From IMG/VR virus record IMGVR_UViG_3300025133_000026: 64,000 nt of DNA, one strand, 5' to 3'. The stretch is from a virus. The notes under the pieces were generated by a model that was not told the DNA's origin, did no database searches, and saw nothing but the letters and a program-made list of their open reading frames with translations. The position numbers and the translations under genes were made by a program. Below, one piece after another: positions 45,842-55,860 of this stretch. Numbering within the stretch: position 1 is the stretch's first letter; every line of letters begins with the position of its first letter.

Positions 45842-47815
45842 CTATCTATACCAGCAAACATTGATTGCTACGACACCAACATCACCATCCCAATCATCGT
45901 CGGCATGTCCAACAACTCTTGTTAACTTCAACAAGAGTGGTCCCATTTTAGGACTCTCAAGGTCTTGAATACCAAAATCAACAGTATATATTAAATCTTC
46001 AGACGTTCCCATTACCCAACCTGTTTTTGAAATGCTATCTACATTTACCCATACAGGATTTGCCGTCTGAGCATCTCCTACTGTATCATAGTTTCCACTA
46101 GCATGAGGATCCGAAGCATCTAGTTGCCAACGACTACCAGTGCCCCCAGCGGGCGCTTCAGGCTTTAGGGTAATGTAGACTCTAAACCTAGAAGGATAGT
46201 TGTCATCTTCATCCATTGGGACTGTACTATATACATATCCTGACTCTGCGACTGTTTGGTCATATAGACAGCTTCTCCAAACCATTGCAGGTGGACCGGT
46301 GTATTCTGAGTTTGCTGGAGCCGGTCCGGCGGCTGCTGCAGGCTTCATAATTTGATCAGCATGAATTGTATTGTTGGCAATAAGTTTTTCAAAGACAAAG
46401 CCATCTCTTGTAATTTGAACTACATTTCCATTTTCATCTTGTGTGTATAGTTCAGAATCTCCACTGTCATCTTTTGAATATACTTTTACAGAACCTGTTG
46501 TGGCACCAGGATCACCGCTAGATTCTTCTAAGACAATAGGGACATCTCCCTTCGTAACAAGTTCGTCAATATGAACTTCTACTTTTGCAGATCCGCCATT
46601 GTCTGCAACAGAGAATAAAGAAGAGCCTAGTCCAGCAACAGTATCTCTGATTTGTACTTGACCGATACCACCAAGAAGACTAATACGGCCATTTGATCCA
46701 GCCTGATATGCAGTATTAAGAGACCAACCATTTAGTTCTGCATCAAGTGCCTGGATGGCTGCTTCGAGGGTTGTCCCATCAGAGACAGTTGCGATTGGGC
46801 CAGAGTCACTATAAGTACCAAGGATGTCATCAGCATCAAGACCATGAGGGTTTATTGCTGTTTGGGCCGCGGACCCCTTAGAGTCAATATGAGCTGCAAG
46901 AGAAATAATATTGGAATCATATCCTGGAGCAACTCCTGCATCTGTATTCCACACCCCACCTCTTAACCGAGCCAGCTCCCACCGAAGTCTATTGAGATCA
47001 TCTTCGAGTGTTGTTACTGTACCAACCCTATTTAAAATAGTATAATCTACAGAATTATCTACACCCGTTTGGGGAATCAACTCATCGTAAACAAGGTCAC
47101 TAGTATTGGTCGTATGAGACAAGGTAATATCATTAGATGAAATTAGGCCTGTTGCATAGCTAGAACCACCATGAACTGCTAAAAGTGCTTCAACCATCTC
47201 TAGAACAGAGTTTGATAAGTCTCTATTCCCATCACAGTCAAGGACATAGTCATTTCCAAAGACATCTTTGCTCAACTGAGTGAGATTGAGTTCTGCACAG
47301 CTAAGTCGACCATCCATCGAAGTAGAAGAGCTAGAGGCAGTGCTATCAAATGCTTTTGATCCGATATAGGCTTTGGTATAAGAACTAATTCCTGTTACTG
47401 ATCCAATCTGTGCCTCTAAAGAAGCAATAGATGTATCAAGCTGATTAGAAAGCTTGATAAAGCTTTCTTTGATTGTCGCTCGACGATTTCCCTCAAAGAA
47501 CAAATACATTGTTCCTTGATCTGCAATTGTAGAATTGCTTAAAGCGATATTTCCATCAGTCCAAATATGATCACCACCCAAACCATAAACAGCAGCATCT
47601 AGAGAAGCTGTTAATAATGGTTTCTCATCATCATCAGCTCCACGAGGCAAAGCACTCAGTAAAGGAACAAGGGTGTTGTTGTGAAAATTTTGAAGTTCAG
47701 TTAGGTCCGCAGCAATCTCTACGAGAGAAGAGTTTAACTGTTTCATCGGGAAAGCTCCACCAGAAACGAGTCTTACTGACCGTGATCTAGGAACAATAGT
47801 TTTTATCTTTGACAT
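45842..47815 (-). CDS. Putative virion protein (tail fibre/appendage-like)
   Basis: Acidic S/T/G-rich; INPHG and TLEAAIQALD fibre-like motifs; beta-rich C-terminal domain. Confidence 0.55.
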   Translation of the reverse strand: MSKIKTIVPRSRSVRLVSGGAFPMKQLNSSLVEIAADLTELQNFHNNTLVPLLSALPRGADDDEKPLLTASLDAAVYGLGGDHIWTDGNIALSNSTIADQGTMYLFFEGNRRATIKESFIKLSNQLDTSIASLEAQIGSVTGISSYTKAYIGSKAFDSTASSSSTSMDGRLSCAELNLTQLSKDVFGNDYVLDCDGNRDLSNSVLEMVEALLAVHGGSSYATGLISSNDITLSHTTNTSDLVYDELIPQTGVDNSVDYTILNRVGTVTTLEDDLNRLRWELARLRGGVWNTDAGVAPGYDSNIISLAAHIDSKGSAAQTAINPHGLDADDILGTYSDSGPIATVSDGTTLEAAIQALDAELNGWSLNTAYQAGSNGRISLLGGIGQVQIRDTVAGLGSSLFSVADNGGSAKVEVHIDELVTKGDVPIVLEESSGDPGATTGSVKVYSKDDSGDSELYTQDENGNVVQITRDGFVFEKLIANNTIHADQIMKPAAAAGPAPANSEYTGPPAMVWRSCLYDQTVAESGYVYSTVPMDEDDNYPSRFRVYITLKPEAPAGGTGSRWQLDASDPHASGNYDTVGDAQTANPVWVNVDSISKTGWVMGTSEDLIYTVDFGIQDLESPKMGPLLLKLTRVVGHADDDWDGDVGVVAINVCWYR

Positions 47816-47822
47816 AACTTCC

Positions 47823-49877
47823 TTATCCCAACTTTAGTAAGAACCCCTCAAGGGCTGGAGATACTTCAGCATTGTTGGTTTGTAACTTAGCTCTGAATAC
47901 AATTGTATCAAAAGTCTTATCTCTGAGCTTATATTCCACCAGATATTTTTCATTTATATAATCTGCATCTTCTGCATTAATCTTAATAAGAAAGATTATA
48001 TTTCCATCATTGTCTAAAGTTCTACTATAGACAAGTCTGTCGGTATCTGATCTGCCAGAAAAAGCCGTAGACCCTTCGTAGACACCAAGTCCTTCTGCAA
48101 AAACGTCAGCACCAGCATAAGTCTTTTCGTCAGTCCAACCAGAAGGGTAACTATATCCTTCGATAAGTAATTTATGATTGTAAGGATAGAGACTGTCTTT
48201 AGATTTCAGATCATCTAAGTCTGTAGCTGCTACAACTGTTAGCCAGTTGTTTGTTGTTGTCTTTATAGTGTGTCGGCCTTGAGTTAATGTAACAACTCCA
48301 CTAGAGGTGACATCATTAATGGTTATTTCTGAAGACCCAAAATCTATTTGCAACCCATCTGTTGCTCGTATGTCTACAACAGTAGATACAAAACCTTCTT
48401 CCTCGTGACTCCATCCTCGAGATTTTCCTCGAACAGTTGTCTCAGAACCCTTTTCTCCTGTATTTCTCCAAAATACAATTGAATCTGTATCTAAATTGTC
48501 AACATCTGAACTTGAAATATAAAAGTTAGTAACTCCGTCATCTTTGTTTGTTAAAGTATACGAAGCTGTCTGGTTATAATCCAGAGCAGTAACCCCTAAG
48601 GTAGAATCATGTCCTACTGTTGCATCGCTGGACTTTACTGTTACTGCATCACTAAAATCAATGATGTTTGAATATGTAGCATTTTCTCTTTCAAGAGGAG
48701 ATATTGATAAATAGGTTGCCCCATTATCTACCGAAACATAATAAAGAATATCAGTGTCTTCTGGTAAGCTTTCACAAACAGAACAGGCTACCTTTTGAAA
48801 AGTCTTTTTGTTTCCATCACCATCTAAAACAGATAAAGGAGTTGACTCTACAAGATAAGTATTCTCAGTGTTGAATTTTGTTTTGTACAAAGCTAGCAAC
48901 TTAAGACCTATTTCATAGACATAGTTTCCATTACTGTTCTTGTCATCAGCCCCGGCCTTTGTAATCAATAGTTTAATAAAGCGAGCCTCGACTTCAGGAA
49001 AAGTCCATGTAGCTCCAGTCGTAACTAATTGAGTACTATTTGTTGTGGGGGCCAAGTCATAGTCAACACCATTCGAAGAATAAAACAGAGAGACTGTGAA
49101 ACCACTAACGGCTGTAGAGCCTGCCATCTGAATACTAACTCGGTTGATAGTCTTAGTTTCTGGGAGTTTAGCAACATAGGATACAGTTACTGTTCCCTGT
49201 GTACTTAATTGAACATAGTGTAACCACTGAGTATTCTCATCGGAAAGAGCCTTTATGGCTTCAAAATTATCGCCGGCCGCAGACGAGACTAATCCAGACC
49301 CAGAAGCCTGAATACCTACATCAGTGCTCTGCACTTCTCCTAAATCAATTCTTTCATAGTCATCACTGTCAATGTTTGCTTCTCCAACTGAGATAATTCC
49401 ATTTGTAGTATCAACAAAGGCAGTTGTCGCTGACATCTCAAGACTATCGACAGTTAAGAAATCATCACTTACATAATTAAAATAGCCCAGAGTGTCTTGC
49501 TCCATAAGTAACAAAGAGTCAATTCGATCCTCAACAGATTCAAGAGTACGGCGCAAAGTTAAGTAATTGGAAGACCATTTTTTGTTCTTGCTCAAAATCT
49601 CTTTTTCTAGATCTTCGATTGTTTCCCACAAAGCCTCAGAGTCTACTGTATAGCGGTGTAGCATTTCATTTGTTTTGCTCGCAGAGCTTTCCTCTGCAAA
49701 AGCAACACTGGAATCTTTGAATCTGAAGAGTGGTCTTTCTCCTAGTCTAGGATAAGTCTTTTGTAGTTCTTCAAATTCTTCAAGCAAATCATCAGCAAAT
49801 GGAACTTCTCCATCTTTGAGATGCTCTAGCAAAAGTTCAGACAATAGTATGTCGTTATATTTAGATCCCAAAGACAT
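47823..49877 (-). CDS. Putative structural protein, paralogue C (coiled coil plus discoidin/galactose-binding-like domain)
   Basis: N-terminal heptads; TINRVSI...SSNGVDY...EARFIKLLI. Confidence 0.55.
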   Translation of the reverse strand: MSLGSKYNDILLSELLLEHLKDGEVPFADDLLEEFEELQKTYPRLGERPLFRFKDSSVAFAEESSASKTNEMLHRYTVDSEALWETIEDLEKEILSKNKKWSSNYLTLRRTLESVEDRIDSLLLMEQDTLGYFNYVSDDFLTVDSLEMSATTAFVDTTNGIISVGEANIDSDDYERIDLGEVQSTDVGIQASGSGLVSSAAGDNFEAIKALSDENTQWLHYVQLSTQGTVTVSYVAKLPETKTINRVSIQMAGSTAVSGFTVSLFYSSNGVDYDLAPTTNSTQLVTTGATWTFPEVEARFIKLLITKAGADDKNSNGNYVYEIGLKLLALYKTKFNTENTYLVESTPLSVLDGDGNKKTFQKVACSVCESLPEDTDILYYVSVDNGATYLSISPLERENATYSNIIDFSDAVTVKSSDATVGHDSTLGVTALDYNQTASYTLTNKDDGVTNFYISSSDVDNLDTDSIVFWRNTGEKGSETTVRGKSRGWSHEEEGFVSTVVDIRATDGLQIDFGSSEITINDVTSSGVVTLTQGRHTIKTTTNNWLTVVAATDLDDLKSKDSLYPYNHKLLIEGYSYPSGWTDEKTYAGADVFAEGLGVYEGSTAFSGRSDTDRLVYSRTLDNDGNIIFLIKINAEDADYINEKYLVEYKLRDKTFDTIVFRAKLQTNNAEVSPALEGFLLKLG

Positions 49878-52800
49878 TAGATCATTCCTTCTGTAAGTAC
49901 TCTAAATCTGATATCTCTCACTATCGGAGAGAAGTAGGGGGCAAGCTCCTTCAGCTCTTCTTCTGAAAGTGGAACATATTCATAACTATATTTGATACTT
50001 CCTTTCTTTAGTCGTGTTGTTTCGAGTGAGATAGTGTTTGCTTCTAAGTCTACCTCTACATCATCAGCTGGAATCTTCTTGGCAACTATGTAGTGGAATT
50101 GGTATTTAGAATATTTATAAGTAATATCTACAGAGTCAGTGACTGTCCATTTGCAATAGATCAGTCCAGTTGCATAGTTTACACTATAGGCTCCATTTCC
50201 TGGAGCTTCTCCAGAGGCGAAGGCATAGGTCGCTGTAGTCCCTTCTGGAATACCGCTACCCCCTAGATTTACTGTTACTAACCCTGTCGCTGGCTCCGAG
50301 TAATAGTTTCCAACAGAACCACTAACTGCTGCTGCAGTGCTTACTGGAGTTGTAAAAACAGAAGCATCCGAATACTTTACTCCATAGGTTGCGATGAATG
50401 CGTCGCCGTTGTTTATTGAAAAAGTATAAACACCAGAAGCCCCAGTAGAAACAAGATTTTCTGTTTGTACAGCAACCGCATTGTTTAATTCAGTATAGCC
50501 ATCAATAAAGTCTACTTCTTCTGGAGTGTAAATATCAAAGATGCCATCTCCCAAACTGATTGTTCCAGGGATTACAGCCTTCTGAGAAAGACGAATAAGT
50601 TTTCCAGAACTGCTGCTTACATTTGCAACATGGGCTCCTGCAACTGACTTTCCATTTTTATCGAAAGGCTCTCGTGCTGCCCCAGTTGTATCTGTCCATT
50701 CTTGACTAACAAAAGCATCAGAAGGGATATAGACAGTATTGTAGTTTCCGGAGTCTCCTTGTCTAATCTCATACTCTTCTGCCTCAGAAACTGTATATGC
50801 TTTATAGGTGATTGTCGTTACTCTGTCTTCTGCTGCTGGTTTTGAGGAAGTGAGGATGCCCTTCTCATAATCAATATGATAATCTCCTGTACTAGAAACA
50901 TCAGCTAAATCTGCTTCGAGAGTAACATAGCTCGTTGCAGCCAATGCACCCAAGAAGTTTCTTTCTTCAATTTGAACAGTAGAACTATCAATGGGGGCTT
51001 GTTTAAGAGAAATCTCGTCTTCACCAACAGGGAGGATTTCTGTAATAGAAGAGGCTGGAGGCGTCGTTAGCTCAAGCTTGCAGCTTTTCTTGTCTCCATC
51101 TGAAGGAAGTGCTAGGAGAGCTGTATAGCCACCATCAACTACAGAAAAAGCAAGAGTCTCTGGAGTCAACCCAGCAGTAATAAAGGCACCGGCCCTAGGG
51201 CTGGCACTGTTTCCTGTATTCGTTCTTATATCGCCATCGCCAAAAATGACATAGCCGCTGTTGTCAATGTAGAATGATTGACTCCCGGCACCTGCAGCAT
51301 CGAGAGTACTTTCTGCATTAACTCTAGTCCAGGCTTTTCCAGCAACATATACAGTTACGTCAGACTTCAAGATTGAAGACTTTGGGAAAATGTCAAAAGG
51401 AAGCTTAACTCTTAGAGGCCCACCAGTACCTCTAGCGATAACAAATCTTCCTTTGGCAAAATCATCATCTCCACGAGACCCGACGGGACTCTCAAATATA
51501 TATACAACATCAGAGGCCAATGTTTTTGACGGAGTAATTGTTGCAGGAGAAGAGTCTAAGGAGACTTTAGAGAGTTCAAAAGCTACAGGGTTGCTTCCTG
51601 CTCCTTCAAACAAAGAGCTAAGCTCTTCAAACTTTTCAGAGTTTCGAGAAAGAGAAATCCTATATCTTAGGTTTTGATAGCCATTCCCTGTATCGTAGGT
51701 AACAATTTCCTCTTCTGAAACAGAAGACTCTAGTGGGTAGATGTCATTCCACGTATTTCCATCATCTACTGTCACACTAAAGGCTACTTCCCCAATCTCA
51801 TTAGTTGTCGGAATGTAAGCAGAGAGAAGGCCCAGTTTCCACAGAGGAGCATTGAGAGAAAGAGAGCTAGAAACTATTTCGCCAGAGTCTTCATATTGTA
51901 CACTGTAAACATCTATCGACTTAACGCCAATGGCCAATCTATTTTTTACTCCACTACTGGTTTCAATTCCTACTGGGTATTTTTGAACAAGAGTACAGGA
52001 AACATACTTGGCCCTTCGTGGGAGAAAGGGATAAGTGAACACGCCCTTGTAATTAGCAGATTCTGGAGAAACAGTGTAGAAAGTATCCTCAGACTCGTCT
52101 AGGTAATCTGCCAGCGGAGCATCTCCACGTATAGTCGTCCAAGATGTCCCGTCAGTTGAAACTTTAATATCTTCAATAACCACACCCTCGAGTGTTCCAA
52201 AGTTTACTGGATCAATAAAGATCTGATTAATTATCCTTTCACTCTCTAATTCCAGAATCAACCGTACCGTTAGCGGATCTGAAGTCTCATCTGTATAGTA
52301 AGTCTTTTCAAATTCTACCCAAGTGTCTGCATTTTGGTCACCAATGTTCCCTAAATTAGATTGGGCGCCATACTGATTATTTGTATCTTCGTTGTTTCCA
52401 AGAACACCATTTGTTGTGTTTTCGTCTAGTTTGATTTTCTTTACGTTGATAACAGTAGAGGACACAATTGGAAGAGAAACAAAAGCACCGCTTGTATTTA
52501 CTTCCGCCTCTGTCGCTCCAAGAAGCTCTGACTCTATGTCAATATTTTCTGTAGTGCTAAAATTGTCTCCCAGGGCAAAACCAATATCCCCTAGATAGAT
52601 TTTATAATCAGCAAGCTTCCCGTCCGTCCTCCGTAAACGCCCCAAAAGATCATCAAGTTCAGAGACTTGTCTGTTAAAACTAGACACAGCAAGTTTATCT
52701 AATGCTTGTAAATGGATGTAGAGAAGAATTAAGTCCTGTCTAATACGAGAAAGGATTTTATTCCATTCCTTGTAATCAGCATATGTTCCAGCTGATACTT

Positions 52801-52993
52801 TTGGCGCTTCTTTGAATCTAACTCTGTTCGAGATTTCTCGATAAGCTGTCATCAGTTCACCAAAGGTTTTGCTTAGTTCTTCTTCTGTCCTAACGTCTCC
52901 TGTTCTAAAAGACTTTACTAATTCTCCCAAAACAAGAGAAACCTTCTGTTTGAGTACTTTAGAGGATTCATCAAGATATTTATTCTGACTCAT
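49877..52993 (-). CDS. Putative structural protein, paralogue B (baseplate/tail-like)
   Basis: Heptads; IINQIFIDP...VSTDGTSW...AKYVS; IFGDG; repeated Y.IDY..G. Confidence 0.55.
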   Translation of the reverse strand: MSQNKYLDESSKVLKQKVSLVLGELVKSFRTGDVRTEEELSKTFGELMTAYREISNRVRFKEAPKVSAGTYADYKEWNKILSRIRQDLILLYIHLQALDKLAVSSFNRQVSELDDLLGRLRRTDGKLADYKIYLGDIGFALGDNFSTTENIDIESELLGATEAEVNTSGAFVSLPIVSSTVINVKKIKLDENTTNGVLGNNEDTNNQYGAQSNLGNIGDQNADTWVEFEKTYYTDETSDPLTVRLILELESERIINQIFIDPVNFGTLEGVVIEDIKVSTDGTSWTTIRGDAPLADYLDESEDTFYTVSPESANYKGVFTYPFLPRRAKYVSCTLVQKYPVGIETSSGVKNRLAIGVKSIDVYSVQYEDSGEIVSSSLSLNAPLWKLGLLSAYIPTTNEIGEVAFSVTVDDGNTWNDIYPLESSVSEEEIVTYDTGNGYQNLRYRISLSRNSEKFEELSSLFEGAGSNPVAFELSKVSLDSSPATITPSKTLASDVVYIFESPVGSRGDDDFAKGRFVIARGTGGPLRVKLPFDIFPKSSILKSDVTVYVAGKAWTRVNAESTLDAAGAGSQSFYIDNSGYVIFGDGDIRTNTGNSASPRAGAFITAGLTPETLAFSVVDGGYTALLALPSDGDKKSCKLELTTPPASSITEILPVGEDEISLKQAPIDSSTVQIEERNFLGALAATSYVTLEADLADVSSTGDYHIDYEKGILTSSKPAAEDRVTTITYKAYTVSEAEEYEIRQGDSGNYNTVYIPSDAFVSQEWTDTTGAAREPFDKNGKSVAGAHVANVSSSSGKLIRLSQKAVIPGTISLGDGIFDIYTPEEVDFIDGYTELNNAVAVQTENLVSTGASGVYTFSINNGDAFIATYGVKYSDASVFTTPVSTAAAVSGSVGNYYSEPATGLVTVNLGGSGIPEGTTATYAFASGEAPGNGAYSVNYATGLIYCKWTVTDSVDITYKYSKYQFHYIVAKKIPADDVEVDLEANTISLETTRLKKGSIKYSYEYVPLSEEELKELAPYFSPIVRDIRFRVLTEGMI

Positions 52994-54851
52994 TAGTTTC
53001 CTCCTGTGCTAAAAGAGTATAGTCGAAAACAATTGGCGTTTCTCTTGTAAAACTAAAATCTAGACTCCTTGTAATGATGACCATATACAAATGGCTATAG
53101 GAAACAGATTCATCTGAAGAATAAGTGTAAGTGATTGCTCTTGAACCAAGCTTGGCTGTTTGGCTTGCATTTAAATCTTTATCTGTAGCTGCTGTGTAAG
53201 AAGTTGTATAGACAGAAGAGATGATCGGGGTCAAAATCTTTACCCTTAATTCTGGAGGTGGGCCTCCAACCGCGGCAGCTTCAAGATCCGTTAGTGTTGA
53301 GTAGTAATTCAGACCATCAACAGACAACTGATAATCAGTTCCAACAGCTAGTTCAATAAAATCTTGATAAACTTTTACCGTATTGAAGGTAGGGAAGAAC
53401 CTAGTCTTTGACACACCATTATTTAGCGTAAGAACTTCATGCGTTACACTATCTGCAGAAACAGGAATTGGCGTTCTCTCTAATGAAACAAAAAGTCCCG
53501 AGCTGTCATAATTGAGTTTAGCTATATAAAACTCAATAGCATCAAGTGGATTTCCATTAGATGCTAAAGAATTCTCAATTGCTGCAGTAGCATATACTTC
53601 TTTTAGTCGTCCTGTAGAAACAATCGGACTTGAAGAAACATAAATACCTAAGTCTTGGAATGAGTTCTCTCCACACTCGACAAAGTCATATCCTAGAGTA
53701 TAGAAATAACCTCGCGCATACTTGTCGGTTTCTCCACCGCTCCCAACGGTGATTCCTTCTACTCCTCCTGCATCCATAAGGTCTTGGATTTCAGCAATGT
53801 CTTCTGGAGTGTCTGAGTAGTAAAAGTCTGCAATCTCGCTATAGCTTTTCTGTGAAGCTGTTACTCTTATAGATTCTGCAACTACTCTAGAGAAAGTAAA
53901 GGTAACTTTCTCCGTGATCGCTTGTGGTGTAGAAAGAATATAATAAGAATTCCCATCAACATCTTGATAGGAGATACTTTCAATAGTCATTGATGTATCT
54001 GTGACAGGAGACAAAGTAATATAATTGATTTGTTGCGCACCGCTTAAAGTAAATTCTACAGTTAAGTCAACGCCATCACTTGGAGGAGTTGTTTTCTCTC
54101 CACCTTCGTCTTGGTCTACAAGAATAATAGGGTGAACCCAAAACTTTCCATCACTATCTGAATATAAATTCGTTATAGAGTTATCGTCTGGCTCCATATC
54201 TAAATCAGATTCTGTTGTGTCATTTCCTTCAATGACATCAACTACTGTGATAGTGGCTTTTGTTGTCTCTCCACTCAGGGGTAAGGTAAGTCCCTCTGCT
54301 GCAACATCCACAGTGCTTATTTGAGAATCAGAAAGCAAGGCTCCAGATCTTGGGTCTACATATAATAGTTTTCCAATCTCAGTATCATATTCATAAGATC
54401 CAGCTTTGAGGGTATTGAAAGTATTATAATCAATTAACCCATAGTCTGGTTCTGTAGTTAGGATCTCATATCGACTGATTTCTGTATCAAGTCGAGCTAA
54501 TGAGTTTTTTAAATCTGTCAGTTTTTTACTAAAAAGTTCTCTGTGAGAAATACTCAAATCACAAAACCCCTGAACTCTGTCAAACAGAACACCCAGGTCA
54601 TTGTCAATATACTTTACTAAAGTATTGTAATACTCTGAAGTTATCTGATCTAAGGGAGTGACATTCTTTTCGCTAGCTGTCAAAGGACGTGATAAATTTC
54701 CACTCTTTTCAACAAGAGAGTCTAGTGCTGTTTTGAAATCAGCAAGATTTGATATCTTGCTACCAGCAAGCTCTTCTTGTAATAAAGTTTCTATCTCTGC
54801 TTTTTGGGCCCCACTAAGGTTACTAGCGAAACCCTCCAATAGACGTGCCAT
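52980..54851 (-). CDS. Putative structural protein, paralogue A
   Basis: Heptads; QINYITLSP...AESIRVT. Confidence 0.55.
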   Translation of the reverse strand: MARLLEGFASNLSGAQKAEIETLLQEELAGSKISNLADFKTALDSLVEKSGNLSRPLTASEKNVTPLDQITSEYYNTLVKYIDNDLGVLFDRVQGFCDLSISHRELFSKKLTDLKNSLARLDTEISRYEILTTEPDYGLIDYNTFNTLKAGSYEYDTEIGKLLYVDPRSGALLSDSQISTVDVAAEGLTLPLSGETTKATITVVDVIEGNDTTESDLDMEPDDNSITNLYSDSDGKFWVHPIILVDQDEGGEKTTPPSDGVDLTVEFTLSGAQQINYITLSPVTDTSMTIESISYQDVDGNSYYILSTPQAITEKVTFTFSRVVAESIRVTASQKSYSEIADFYYSDTPEDIAEIQDLMDAGGVEGITVGSGGETDKYARGYFYTLGYDFVECGENSFQDLGIYVSSSPIVSTGRLKEVYATAAIENSLASNGNPLDAIEFYIAKLNYDSSGLFVSLERTPIPVSADSVTHEVLTLNNGVSKTRFFPTFNTVKVYQDFIELAVGTDYQLSVDGLNYYSTLTDLEAAAVGGPPPELRVKILTPIISSVYTTSYTAATDKDLNASQTAKLGSRAITYTYSSDESVSYSHLYMVIITRSLDFSFTRETPIVFDYTLLAQEETNESE

Positions 54852-55300
54852 TAAGCCTCTTCATAGATTAAATCTATTTGGAAATAGAGACGGCGAGCAG
54901 TCTCACTTGAGGGCGGTGTTACTTTAAAAGTAATCTCTACACTTTCTCCAGGGCTAATCCCTGTTGATGTAGTCGGACCAATAGATAGTGGAATCGCGTT
55001 TGAGGTCTTGTCACCTACACCAAATTGAAATTGAGTTGTTGTTACATTCTGCACAATGCTCAATCCTTCTCCTGTTGTAGCTCCCCAAGTCAATAGATCG
55101 AACCAATCCTGAACAAGACCTTGTCCTGAGGGTTTGGTTACTTCTCCTTCCAAGTCAGCTACACTCAAATAAAATCCTAAAGAACTAGCTATACTATCTC
55201 CAGTATTTTTGAGAGTAAAAGCATAAGATTGATTTGCTGTATTTGCAAAAGGCTCCTCAACCAGGGAGCCAGATTGAGACCATTCTAATGTTACTGCCAT
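54851..55300 (-). CDS. Putative structural beta-sandwich protein
   Basis: FTLKNTGD...ISPGESVEITFKV...FQIDLIY. Confidence 0.5.
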   Translation of the reverse strand: MAVTLEWSQSGSLVEEPFANTANQSYAFTLKNTGDSIASSLGFYLSVADLEGEVTKPSGQGLVQDWFDLLTWGATTGEGLSIVQNVTTTQFQFGVGDKTSNAIPLSIGPTTSTGISPGESVEITFKVTPPSSETARRLYFQIDLIYEEA

Positions 55301-55860
55301 TAAAGCACCTTTGCCCCGTACACTGTACTCGATGGGCTTTCAATTTCACCCAAGCTCAATGCATGAATCTTAAAGTAATAAGTTACATCTTGTGTTAAGC
55401 CACAGTTTCTATACTCATTATACCCATAAGTTGTTCCGTCTACGGTTGCAATCTTTTCAAACTTTTTATCAATATAAAGAGAACGATAGATTATAAATCT
55501 ATAAGTTGGATCTTCTAGCTCCCAACGTAATTTAACACAGCCTGATTCTGGAGTTATAGAAATAAATTCAGGAATGACGCCATCGTAAATAATCACAGGA
55601 TACTCGCCTGCACTCATATGTTTTTCTATAAGGTTTCTTATAGCCTTCTTTTCTAGATCTCCACCATACTCTTTAAGAAGTGTATAGGGAACACGGATAA
55701 CATGAGTAGCATATTTAGGATAAGAGTATCCTCCAGAAGGAGAGATAGGAGGAGTATAAGCTAATTTATAGTTAACGAGGAGCGCCTCTTCTAAATTGTT
55801 TGTTTCAACGCCGCCACCATTGCTTCTGGCATCAATAAAAACTGCATCGCCACCAGCCAT
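55300..55860 (-). CDS. Protein with C-terminal fibronectin type III-like domain
   Basis: VKLRWE...FIIYRS...Y...GLTQDVTYYFKIHA...ES.PS. Confidence 0.65.
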   Translation of the reverse strand: MAGGDAVFIDARSNGGGVETNNLEEALLVNYKLAYTPPISPSGGYSYPKYATHVIRVPYTLLKEYGGDLEKKAIRNLIEKHMSAGEYPVIIYDGVIPEFISITPESGCVKLRWELEDPTYRFIIYRSLYIDKKFEKIATVDGTTYGYNEYRNCGLTQDVTYYFKIHALSLGEIESPSSTVYGAKVL

